Shown here one piece after another: positions 38,500-47,679 of a stretch of DNA of 64,000 nt. The DNA is from a virus: positions 1-64,000 of the IMG/VR virus record IMGVR_UViG_3300036715_002359. The stretch is one strand, 5' to 3'. The translations under genes were made by a program, and so were the position numbers. Below the pieces are notes generated by a model that saw nothing but the letters and a program-made list of their open reading frames with translations, was not told the origin of the DNA and did not search any database. Numbering within the stretch: position 1 is the first letter of the stretch; each line of letters starts with the position of its first letter.

Positions 38500-39888
38500 A
38501 TGGGCGGAAAAGCTCTGTTAGAAAAACATCCGGGCATTAAACGCTTGACCCGTGATGAATTTGCTATGATATCAAACGAACTTGTTCAGAAGTTTCGTGG
38601 GTTATTCAGAAATTACAATACTGAAATTCGAGTCCTTCCCACTTATTCAGATAAGACGAGTTTTGGAGATGTAGACTTTATTGTAGATGCTAGTAGACTA
38701 CCTCAAGGTATAGATGGTGATAATTGGAAACAGATGATTATCCAGCATTTCAAACCTAAAGCTGTTGTAGAAAATGGAAATATATTCTCGTTTGAATATA
38801 AAAATCATCAGATAGATATTATCTCCGTGATTTCTAATAACTACGCATTTTCATTTCAGTATTATTCATATAATGGAATGGGTAGTTTGATGGGTAATGT
38901 GGCTAAGGCCATGGGGTTGAAACTAACTGAAACTGGATTGTATCTTCCAGTTTACCAAGGTCAACAAAAAATTGAAGATATCCTAATCACTAATGATTGG
39001 GGTCAAATGTCCAGCGTTTTAGGTTACGGTAGTAACCGATATGGGTACTCTTTTGATCGTCTTTCTTCAATCCTTTCTTATTTATCTTCGTGTGTCTACT
39101 TCTCTCAGGAGTTATACAACGTAGAAACTATGAATGCTGATGAAAGAGGGTCTTACGGTAATCTACCTATATACAAAGATTTTGTAGAGTACATAACGGC
39201 ACACAAAGCTACTTTGAAAAACTATAATTTTGAGTCCAGTCCTAAGCCTTGGATGTCTTTGATTAAAACAAGTTTTCCACAAGTGGTTGATCGTAGTAAA
39301 GAACTGATGGAAATTCTAGCTAAAGAAAGAATTTTTAAGCAGAAATTCAACGGTGAAGTTATTATGGCTGCTACCGGTATTACAGAAGGTAAAGGTCTTG
39401 GTAAATTCATCGAAGCTTTTAAGAAATCCTTTCCCGGACCTTTAGAGTTTGATATTTTTATTATGAGCTCTTTGCCTTCCACAATTGAAGAAAAACTGAA
39501 GGCTTTTCAGGAAGAATATGTTAAGACTTTGAAAGTGGAAACCAGTATTGGTAAATTAACTGCTGTTAAAGATTTATCTAAAGAACCGAGATTAGATAAA
39601 AACCCTAATTTTAGAATTGATTCCAATCCCGTATCTGAAAGTGATCATATTCGAGAAATACTCCTTGAACAAATAACTCTAGAGTACGAAGATGAACGAG
39701 CATCTACTTTACAAGCTCGGCAGTTAGTTGAAGTAGTTACAGAACTACCATCCTCTCCTCCTCCACCTTTGGCTGCTATTCCACGAGCCCCTAGACCTCC
39801 ACGGCCTATGGTAGCTTTAGAAGCTATTGATGTTCCTAGCCAAGAAGAAGCTGAAGAAATAGTTCGAGAACTACAGTCTCGATCGTAG
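38500..39888 (+). CDS. Nucleotidyltransferase (Pol beta superfamily) with Pro/Glu-rich tail
   Basis: MGG start, K-SFGDVD, QID third Asp; late G-GLG-F---FK motif. Confidence 0.7.
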   Translation: MGGKALLEKHPGIKRLTRDEFAMISNELVQKFRGLFRNYNTEIRVLPTYSDKTSFGDVDFIVDASRLPQGIDGDNWKQMIIQHFKPKAVVENGNIFSFEYKNHQIDIISVISNNYAFSFQYYSYNGMGSLMGNVAKAMGLKLTETGLYLPVYQGQQKIEDILITNDWGQMSSVLGYGSNRYGYSFDRLSSILSYLSSCVYFSQELYNVETMNADERGSYGNLPIYKDFVEYITAHKATLKNYNFESSPKPWMSLIKTSFPQVVDRSKELMEILAKERIFKQKFNGEVIMAATGITEGKGLGKFIEAFKKSFPGPLEFDIFIMSSLPSTIEEKLKAFQEEYVKTLKVETSIGKLTAVKDLSKEPRLDKNPNFRIDSNPVSESDHIREILLEQITLEYEDERASTLQARQLVEVVTELPSSPPPPLAAIPRAPRPPRPMVALEAIDVPSQEEAEEIVRELQSRS

Positions 39889-39951
39889 TATAATAGACGG
39901 TGCTGTATGGCCGTCTTTTTTAGCCTTAACAAGTCTTAAAATAGAAATACC

Positions 39952-40653
39952 ATGTTCAAAGATAATACTCCAATTTTACTCACTCGACAACTACACTTAG
40001 CTGATAGAGCAGGTAGACACTATGACATTCGTTTAGTGTTGGGAGACAAAGCTTATTCCTGGGCTACTCGTAAGGATATGCCAGCAGTGGGAGAAGCTAT
40101 AGCTTTGTACGAACAGCCAGTTCACACTGCAGAATATGCCATGCGTAGACGTATAGTTATCCCTAGAGGAAACTATGGTAGTGGAATAACCACTTTAGAT
40201 TTTGTTAGAAAAGCATTAGCCACTAACAGTGATGGTGGTAAAGATAAGTTTGTACTTACGGTTCCAGAATCTGGTGAACGTTATTTGTTTAAGAAATTTG
40301 GTGGACAGAACGGGAATACTTGGATGTTAAAGAACCTAGGTGAAAGAAAAATAGAAGAGACTCCAGTGACTAATAAATACTTAGAAAAAATAGCGTCATT
40401 TAGACCAAAAAAGAATAATGAACCTAACGGTAAATTTGAAGACCGAGCAGGGTTTAAGAGTCGCTTTGCTGAAATGTTTGATGCTTCAGTTAAAAGTCGT
40501 AAGATGAACAAAGATAAAGTAAAGAATTATAAGTGGGGTAAAGCTGTCGGGATTGCCAACAAGGATGGACATTTGGTGAAATTAATGGTACCATCTAAGA
40601 CTGAGCCTGGTAAACATTTCACTCTTAAACATCCTGATTATAAAGGTAAATAA
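39952..40653 (+). CDS. LigD-type 3'-phosphoesterase domain protein with NKYLEKIA motif
   Basis: Q-H-A-RAG-HYD-RL-----SWA...H--EY...G-YG-G. Confidence 0.8.
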   Translation: MFKDNTPILLTRQLHLADRAGRHYDIRLVLGDKAYSWATRKDMPAVGEAIALYEQPVHTAEYAMRRRIVIPRGNYGSGITTLDFVRKALATNSDGGKDKFVLTVPESGERYLFKKFGGQNGNTWMLKNLGERKIEETPVTNKYLEKIASFRPKKNNEPNGKFEDRAGFKSRFAEMFDASVKSRKMNKDKVKNYKWGKAVGIANKDGHLVKLMVPSKTEPGKHFTLKHPDYKGK

Positions 40654-40692
40654 TAAATAGGTATCTTGAGAAAATAGAAAGCAAGTAAGTGC

Positions 40693-40887
40693 TTGACTCC
40701 TAATGCCATTTATCAATTATCTGTTAACCCTATCGAAAATAGTATTGGAGTTAAAGTTTTGCTTCCAAAACATATAATCATCCCTTCTGAGCATAATTCT
40801 AAATTAAAAATGGAAATGCATGATTCGCTAGAATCGATATTAGCCAAGTATTTTATAAAAACAAAATTAAATGTACCCACGTCATAA
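40693..40887 (+). CDS. Possible small hypothetical protein
   Basis: TTG start, fills the gap between PE and ligase genes. Confidence 0.35.
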   Translation: MTPNAIYQLSVNPIENSIGVKVLLPKHIIIPSEHNSKLKMEMHDSLESILAKYFIKTKLNVPTS

Positions 40888-41758
40888 ATATGTAGAACCT
40901 AATAAATTAGCTTGGCAGGATGTTAAAAATCCTCATGCTACACTTAAGTATGATGGCGGGCACTACTATTTATGTGTAACTTCAGATGGAACTCTCAAAT
41001 ACTACTCACGTCGAGAATCTGTAAAAGGGGGATATCCAGAACGCTCTGAGAAAATTCCACATCTCGCAGATAAAAAAATGCCTGAATACGCAGGGCAAAC
41101 CTTTGCTGTGGAATTGATCCATAGTGGCTTTAAAAAAGGTGCTAAAGAATCTCACTCTGCTGCTGGAGGTATTATTAACTCATTAGCTCCTAGGGCTATT
41201 CAAACTCAAAAAGACACTGGACCAATCCGTGCTGTACTTTTGGATGTTATTAACCCCCCTTTAAAAACGTATGGTGCCAAGGTTGCACATATGGAGAAAT
41301 TCGAAAAAGACTTCGGTAAGTCCGATGTTCTATGGGTTCCTCCAGCAGCTAGAACTAAGGAAGAAATCGTTAAACTTATTAATACAAGTAAATTAGAAAA
41401 TCGTGAAGGAGTTGTAATCACAAGTGCTACAGATCCTGAAGAGAATAATCCTCGTATTAAAATTAAGCACTACGATACGTATAATCTTCGTCCAGTAAAA
41501 ATGTACGAAGAAGTTGATATTCGTGGCAAACCTAAAGGTGCAATGGGAGCCGTGGATATGGTTGACGGTTCTGGTCGTGTTGTAGCTACAGTTGGTAGTG
41601 GTTGGAATAGAGAACAACGAAATGCTGCTTGGAAGAATTTTTCTGAGTGGAGTAAAGATCTGCAACAAGTTAAGACTATGGGCTGGGGCTCTGTTGATGG
41701 TAAGTTACGTCAACCGGTGTATAACGGTCCTGCTGATGGTGAGTTAGATACAATTTAG
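40871..41758 (+). CDS. ATP-dependent DNA ligase (minimal)
   Basis: KYDG adenylation motif, ELI, EGVVI, KIK, OB domain VGSG...LRQP. Confidence 0.88.
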   Translation: MYPRHKYVEPNKLAWQDVKNPHATLKYDGGHYYLCVTSDGTLKYYSRRESVKGGYPERSEKIPHLADKKMPEYAGQTFAVELIHSGFKKGAKESHSAAGGIINSLAPRAIQTQKDTGPIRAVLLDVINPPLKTYGAKVAHMEKFEKDFGKSDVLWVPPAARTKEEIVKLINTSKLENREGVVITSATDPEENNPRIKIKHYDTYNLRPVKMYEEVDIRGKPKGAMGAVDMVDGSGRVVATVGSGWNREQRNAAWKNFSEWSKDLQQVKTMGWGSVDGKLRQPVYNGPADGELDTI

Positions 41759-41768
41759 AGTTAAAAAT

Positions 41769-41778
41769 TTGGTATAAG
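41769..41778 (+). promoter_or_regulatory. TTGGTATAAG putative early promoter
   Basis: Recurrent motif. Confidence 0.7.
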
Positions 41779-41845
41779 TAAGATGTGAGGATAATAAAAC
41801 AAACCCACAAATCCAACTCAATAATTCCACCACAGGAGTTTACAC

Positions 41846-42244
41846 ATGGAACTTACAGCATCCAATGTTCATACCGTTTTAGTCGATTGCTTGCGTCCAG
41901 GATTGACCAATGAAACAACTACCGTCGAAGGCATTATTAACAGCTTTCGATTTTCAGTTGACAAATTGAAGTACTATTCCAAAAGCATTAACAAAATGCT
42001 CGATCAACTCCCGTTTGAATTCCGTGAAGACAAAGGCGGTGGATGGTCATTTCTGCAAGCTGGCATTACAAACAAAGGTATTCAATGGGGAGACCAACGT
42101 GAGATGGAAATTCTCTTCGCTCTCGGCCTTGCCATTGGATCAGTCATCACTACTGTTCCAAGAAAAGAATGGAAAACCCTTCCTGGCGGCATGCCTTATT
42201 ATGCTGTTCTGAATGAAGAACACCGTCATCCAATTCCCGATTAA
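41846..42244 (+). CDS. Phage hypothetical protein
   Basis: EGI---F-F...GGGWSFL...QWG...LPGGMPY; CCACAGGAG RBS. Confidence 0.8.
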   Translation: MELTASNVHTVLVDCLRPGLTNETTTVEGIINSFRFSVDKLKYYSKSINKMLDQLPFEFREDKGGGWSFLQAGITNKGIQWGDQREMEILFALGLAIGSVITTVPRKEWKTLPGGMPYYAVLNEEHRHPIPD

Positions 42245-42257
42245 CGAGGAGAACAAT

Positions 42258-42641
42258 ATGTACGCTTATCCAATACTCAACATCGTATTTACCTGGTTGC
42301 TTGCCGGGTATTTACAATATCTGTTTACTGTTAACAAAACAAATGATTTCAACCGAAAAGTACTTCAAGTTTTGGAGATAGGTGCAAATATGTATCTATT
42401 GACTTTACTTGACATGCGTACTCGTAAACTTCATATTTACGGCAAAATAACAGTTGTTCTAGTAGTATTGCAATACGCTGGTATAGCGTATTGGCAAACA
42501 ACAGAAGTTTACAAATACTTAAATTCCTGGTGGTGTGTGTTTGCGTACGTCCTCGGCTGTATAGTATTGTTCAGTGCGGCTAAACATTTATACACCAATA
42601 CGTACTTATCGATACGGGATGACAAACCAATTCCAATGTAA
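42258..42641 (+). CDS. Multi-pass membrane protein
   Basis: GAGGAG RBS before ATG 42258; four hydrophobic segments. Confidence 0.7.
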   Translation: MYAYPILNIVFTWLLAGYLQYLFTVNKTNDFNRKVLQVLEIGANMYLLTLLDMRTRKLHIYGKITVVLVVLQYAGIAYWQTTEVYKYLNSWWCVFAYVLGCIVLFSAAKHLYTNTYLSIRDDKPIPM

Positions 42642-42684
42642 CAAAAAGCCCCGGTTTTACTCGGGGCTTTCTTTTTTAGCTTAA

Positions 42685-43206
42685 CTAAAAATTAGTTAAA
42701 TACAACGAAACTAAGAGAAGAGTGGTCAAACCACCGTTAACAGATTCTAACGAAACTAGCACAGTGCTTGAAGCAGTTACTAAATTATTAGTAACAACAA
42801 CAGACGATGCACCAACAGCAATAGCTACACGGCCACGAACGGCATGGATAGTTGCAGCACCAGGGGTACCACTTGTATCAACTACGCCGTTACTATTTTT
42901 TGCCAATTAGCCATGATTAGTTCCCCGATGAGCGCCTAGCGGAAGACCTTTTGGAGCTGTGTAATCAGCAGATGAACTATACAGAGTTACAAATGGAGCA
43001 TCAGGCGTAGCTTGAGCTTGGATCGAAAACGCTGTCAGAGCAGCTGAAGTACCACTGGAAACAACTTGAACGAAAGTTTTAAGTGTACCTGCAGTTTTAA
43101 ATTGGATGACTACTGTTGGTGTTGATCCAACTAAAGTAGTAGCGTCCCCGCTTTGTTATTTAAACGCACCTGGTACTACCGAGGTGACTGTTGCTGGATT
43201 TGCCAT
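42685..43206 (-). pseudogene. Decayed tail-associated gene(s)
   Basis: AAGGA-ATG at 43206; in-frame TAA after 16 codons and again at 42907-42909; beta-rich fragments. Confidence 0.6.
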
Positions 43207-43293
43207 TATTTATTTCCTTTTAAAAGTATTTAATTACAAACTTCACGGGTGTAGTATTACCCGTGAATGATATCAGTTAATATTTCAACTTAC

Positions 43294-46200
43294 TTAAAAA
43301 CCCTTAATCAAGGTGTACCCTGCTGTAACACCGGTACCAGCAGTAGATACACGGCCTCTTAGAAACTGAGTGTTAACATTGGTTACTTGTAACTGGACAG
43401 TACTTGACGCTACTGCTGTTAAAGGTGAACCGATGCTATACCAAGTAGTACCAAAATCGTCCGAACCTTCTAATTGAATAGCATTAGCAGTAGTAGAAAT
43501 AGCTCCACTATTAACAATTACTTGAACGTTACGGCAAGACTGAACAGTCAAACTAGGAGTTACTGAGTTCAAAGTATTAGGTAAAATTGTACGATCGATA
43601 ATTTGACGAGTAGCAATTACACTATCACTACTTTGTAATCTATTAATAGCACGAGTAAATGACGGAGTTGTACCAGATACAGTTTGTACATAACGAATAC
43701 GATTACCAGTCAATGGAAGCTTGGGACTACGATACATACCAGTAGCAATGATACGGGGAAAATCATACACCCGGAACCAGTTAGTACCAGTATCATCAGA
43801 TTCTTCAATACCAACGTCTAAAGTAGGAGTTGTACCAGAAACAACAGTTACTGGAATATTAACTTCATAACTTGTCCCAAAAGTAGGGGCAGGCGCAGCA
43901 GTAGTTGTAGTTGTTGTTAACGCAGCAGAAGCTATATCAGCTATAGTACCTGGAATACCTAAGTTACCAGAAGTAACTGCACCTACAGTTGTAACAGTAC
44001 CAGAACCTATAACTACTGTACCAATACTATTAGCTCCGGTAGGGAGTGCAGCTGCAACTGTAACAGGTAAAGAAGCTTGAGCTGTTTGAGACTTAACAGA
44101 AGTAACAGCAACTGTCTGTGGAGAATAATTATCTACAGCCACAAAACCTACTGTCCAAGTTGTAGTAGAGGCAGGAGCTGTAGAACCATTTAACGAACGA
44201 ATTTGTAAGAATAGTGGGTAAGTAGAATCAGCAACGTTAGATACACGAGAAGCTCTTACCACAGCTTGTTGAGTTGTAGAAGAAGCAATCAATTGATCTA
44301 ATAGGGAAACAGTATCATCTTCAACTGATAGTAATCCCATATGGCCGGGTGATGCTGTAGTGTTGATAGTGGCAGCAGTAAAACCAGAGTTCCAACCACG
44401 ACGTTGACAATCAAAGTTTAAGTTGGTAGCAGTAGCTCCTGTGTATTGAATTTGATGATAATTCCAACCAAATAAAGACACGGTTCCGGTACCTGAAGCT
44501 GGCCAACCAGCAACAGTAAATGTAATGTTATTTCCAGATACTGATGCGATGGTGTAACGACCAGGTATAGCACCTGCAACACTGGTAATACCACCAACAT
44601 ATATAGACTGACCAACGTTCGCCGCTGTGAAAGAGCTACTTGGAACTGTAACTGTAATGGAAGTAGCAGAATTAACTGTTAAAGTTAAAGCATCTCCGAT
44701 GACGTCAACCATCTCAATAAATAAGTTGGCATTAACAATACGTTGAGAAGCAATGACTTGCCATTTAACAAGCATAGAATCTTTAAAACTAACTAATGAT
44801 CTAACAATTGTTTCTGAGTTGGTAGTAGTACCAGTAGTCATTACTAAGTTACCACCAGTTTGTAAGATAGTTTGACCAGATCCAGTAAACATGGTATTAA
44901 AAAATGTGGAATCAGCAGCAGCAGCTACAGCAGCAGCAAAAGTTACTCTCCATTTTTGTGCTGGTAATGTACGAACAGGTATGAAAGTATCAGTACCTAA
45001 AGGAACTGCAGTATTACCATTACTAGGAGTTATCTTAGTTAAAAAAGAAAACCAGTTGGTTAGACCACGTTTAATAGCAGAAATTATAGAATAGTTACCA
45101 GTACCATCAGCACCAGCAATAGTGTCTGTTATGGCTCCTTGGCTTGTATCCATATTACCTAGACTAGCATTAGTCACCGCAACAGTACCACTAATTGGAA
45201 CTGTAGAGGCTCTCAATTGAGTATCAGTTAAAGGCTGTGATAAACCAGTATTGGCAGTAACTGTTCCAGAAATAGGAACAACAGCTGCACGTAATTGAGT
45301 ATCAGTTAAAGGTTGAGTTAAACCTGTATCTGCTGTGACTGTTCCAGAGATAGGAACTGGTGACGCACGAAGTTGAGCATCAGACAAATCACCCGTAGTA
45401 ACACTACCACTAATAGGAATAGTTGAAGCTCTTAATTGAGCATCAGTTAATCCACCAGTAGTTACGCTACCACTAATAGGTACGGGAGTTGCACGTAATT
45501 GGGTATCAGTTAATCCATTAGTAGAAACCGTTCCACTAATAGGAATAGGGGTAGCACGCATTTGTGCATCAGTAGCTGGTTGAGTTAAACCTGTATTAGC
45601 AGTAACTGTCCCAGAAACAGGTACAGGAGTTGCTCTTAGTTGAGTATCAGTTAATGGTTGAGATAAACCAGTACTTATAGTACCACTAACTGGTAACGGA
45701 GTAGCACGAATCTGAGTATCAGTAATTCCACCGGTGGATACTGTACCACTAATAGGAATTGGGGTAGCACGCATTTGTGCGTCTGTAGCGGCTTGAGCTA
45801 ATCCAGTATTAGCAGTAACAGTTCCTGAAATAGGTACAGGAGTTGCACGTAACTGAGTATCTGTTAGCCCACCAGTAACAACAGTACCACTAATAGGTAA
45901 TGCAGATGCACGTAATTGAGTATCAGTTAAAGGTTGTGACAGACCGGTGTTAGCAGTAACTGTTCCAGAGATAGGAACTGGTGATGCACGAAGTTGAGCA
46001 TCTGTTAAATTAGTAGAACCTAAAAGTTCTAGATTATTAAAAGAAGGAGCAGTTCCAAAGTCAGCACCAGTAGTAGTATTGTGCCAAATATATACTAAAG
46101 TGGTAGGAGAATCAGTAACGTCTAGTACTTGAGTATAACTGATAATATCATTGACACTAGCCCCTGAAAACGCAGTTTTACAACGATACATAGTCGTGAT

Positions 46201-46443
46201 TAATTCACGATCATATAAAGCTCCGCCACCGCCGCTTCCACCTCCGCCAGTTATCGTAGGGAGAGTAGAATCTACCCAACCACTGACAGTTAATTTACCA
46301 GCAGACACTGCCGGTTCAAAAGCATCGTAGTATAAATCTTTATTAGAGATAGTAACTGAATCTCCTGGGTTTAAATCCCAGGCTTTTCCCTGACGGTCTA
46401 TAACCGTTACTATGTTGCTATCTATGTTTGTAATTAACGCCAT
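43294..46443 (-). CDS. Large tail fibre/virion appendage protein
   Basis: 1049 aa, Thr/Ser/Val-rich, repeat stalk and beta-sandwich-like C-terminal domains. Confidence 0.75.
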   Translation of the reverse strand: MALITNIDSNIVTVIDRQGKAWDLNPGDSVTISNKDLYYDAFEPAVSAGKLTVSGWVDSTLPTITGGGGSGGGGALYDRELITTMYRCKTAFSGASVNDIISYTQVLDVTDSPTTLVYIWHNTTTGADFGTAPSFNNLELLGSTNLTDAQLRASPVPISGTVTANTGLSQPLTDTQLRASALPISGTVVTGGLTDTQLRATPVPISGTVTANTGLAQAATDAQMRATPIPISGTVSTGGITDTQIRATPLPVSGTISTGLSQPLTDTQLRATPVPVSGTVTANTGLTQPATDAQMRATPIPISGTVSTNGLTDTQLRATPVPISGSVTTGGLTDAQLRASTIPISGSVTTGDLSDAQLRASPVPISGTVTADTGLTQPLTDTQLRAAVVPISGTVTANTGLSQPLTDTQLRASTVPISGTVAVTNASLGNMDTSQGAITDTIAGADGTGNYSIISAIKRGLTNWFSFLTKITPSNGNTAVPLGTDTFIPVRTLPAQKWRVTFAAAVAAAADSTFFNTMFTGSGQTILQTGGNLVMTTGTTTNSETIVRSLVSFKDSMLVKWQVIASQRIVNANLFIEMVDVIGDALTLTVNSATSITVTVPSSSFTAANVGQSIYVGGITSVAGAIPGRYTIASVSGNNITFTVAGWPASGTGTVSLFGWNYHQIQYTGATATNLNFDCQRRGWNSGFTAATINTTASPGHMGLLSVEDDTVSLLDQLIASSTTQQAVVRASRVSNVADSTYPLFLQIRSLNGSTAPASTTTWTVGFVAVDNYSPQTVAVTSVKSQTAQASLPVTVAAALPTGANSIGTVVIGSGTVTTVGAVTSGNLGIPGTIADIASAALTTTTTTAAPAPTFGTSYEVNIPVTVVSGTTPTLDVGIEESDDTGTNWFRVYDFPRIIATGMYRSPKLPLTGNRIRYVQTVSGTTPSFTRAINRLQSSDSVIATRQIIDRTILPNTLNSVTPSLTVQSCRNVQVIVNSGAISTTANAIQLEGSDDFGTTWYSIGSPLTAVASSTVQLQVTNVNTQFLRGRVSTAGTGVTAGYTLIKGF
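45180..46010 (-). repeat. 12 degenerate LTDxQLRAxPVPISGTV repeats
   Basis: Counted in translation; linkers are long (TANTGLSQP-like) or short (xTGG-like). Confidence 0.9.
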
Positions 46444-46488
46444 CTTTATCCTTGAGTAAAAAGTGTTAATTAATAATTGACACTATAA

Positions 46489-47658
46489 TTATTTTAGAAT
46501 GCGGAGAGGTGTATTTTCTTTAATAGTTCCAGCCTTCAACGCAGCTAATGCTTGTTCCTCTGTACCAAATTGGACGGTTTTTTGGGTCTCATCGGGTTCA
46601 GTCATATGCACACTACCAATAATAGCTTCATGTCCAGGAGCTACCATTGAGTTACCAACTCCACGACGATAATCATGAATGTGATGCTCTGGTAATAATT
46701 TTTGTCTAGCTTCAACTATAGCTTCCGGGGTCATGGGAACCTGAATAGTTAAAGCATCTCCATCATAATCACCTGCGTATAGTGGAAGGTGTAACGGATT
46801 TAATCCTATAGTTTTACCCTTAATAGGAACAGGGTAATGCGCAGTAATATTTGTACGCATTAATGTTGGGGCACGATTTAACAATACTGGTATTTGTTTA
46901 ATCAGTTTATTAAATGATGCTTGTGCAGCAGGGTTACGTGCTTCTATTGCTTTTTTAGCTGATACGAAGTCAAAACCTTGCTTAACTAAATCACGAAGAA
47001 TATGGAAATTATAAGTAGTCCAGATCATATCTTCTGGAATAGCAGCTTCGTTAAATCCAAGATTAGGCTCGGCGTAAATAGTTCCACGACCAGAAAAGTC
47101 TAATTTCTTACTTAGTATTTTAGAATGGAACAATCCGTACTTAGGCCCATTAGTACCACTAATTTGACGAACGTAGCCTTTAAGAGTTTTACCACGTGAA
47201 GCACCAGTGATAGCATCCCCTAAACCAAAAATAGCTTTGGCACCGCCGTAGAAATCTTTACGTGCTCCTACCAATTGATCATTAGGTAACAAATCTTTAA
47301 CATCCCTGAAAGTATTGTTAGCCAACATGTGATCTTTATATAAATCGTTAACGTCAGCATATTCAATCTTGTTGTTACCCATAACCATAACAGGTCTAAC
47401 AACTGGAGGAGCTACTGGAATATTACGCAATAGATAGGCGTGTTGAGGCTTAAGCTCAGCTCTACGTAATCCTTCAAGATACTTCAATTTTTTAACTAAA
47501 CTATCTTTCTTGCTTGGACTTTTAGTTGTTTGAATTTCTTGTTTGATACCGTTGAACTGCTTATCTACGTCTACTTTGCTTAGTAGCATTTCGAATGCTG
47601 GACCACCGACAACTAGGTCATCGGTGTCCACATCTTCTCTTTGTTTTTCTTTAGCCAT
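46489..47658 (-). CDS. rpoC: Phage RNA polymerase beta' subunit, catalytic middle part
   Basis: PV-PP--RP, D-NDLY, K--DFSGR, LLNRAPTL, catalytic AGDYDGD. Confidence 0.92.
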   Translation of the reverse strand: MAKEKQREDVDTDDLVVGGPAFEMLLSKVDVDKQFNGIKQEIQTTKSPSKKDSLVKKLKYLEGLRRAELKPQHAYLLRNIPVAPPVVRPVMVMGNNKIEYADVNDLYKDHMLANNTFRDVKDLLPNDQLVGARKDFYGGAKAIFGLGDAITGASRGKTLKGYVRQISGTNGPKYGLFHSKILSKKLDFSGRGTIYAEPNLGFNEAAIPEDMIWTTYNFHILRDLVKQGFDFVSAKKAIEARNPAAQASFNKLIKQIPVLLNRAPTLMRTNITAHYPVPIKGKTIGLNPLHLPLYAGDYDGDALTIQVPMTPEAIVEARQKLLPEHHIHDYRRGVGNSMVAPGHEAIIGSVHMTEPDETQKTVQFGTEEQALAALKAGTIKENTPLRILK

Positions 47659-47679
47659 GGTTATATTATACGTTATTTC

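Noticed and set aside
42685-43206. Stop-codon reassignment
   Set aside because: The interrupting stops are TAA, and long genes end normally in TAA, TAG and TGA; decay is the simpler explanation.
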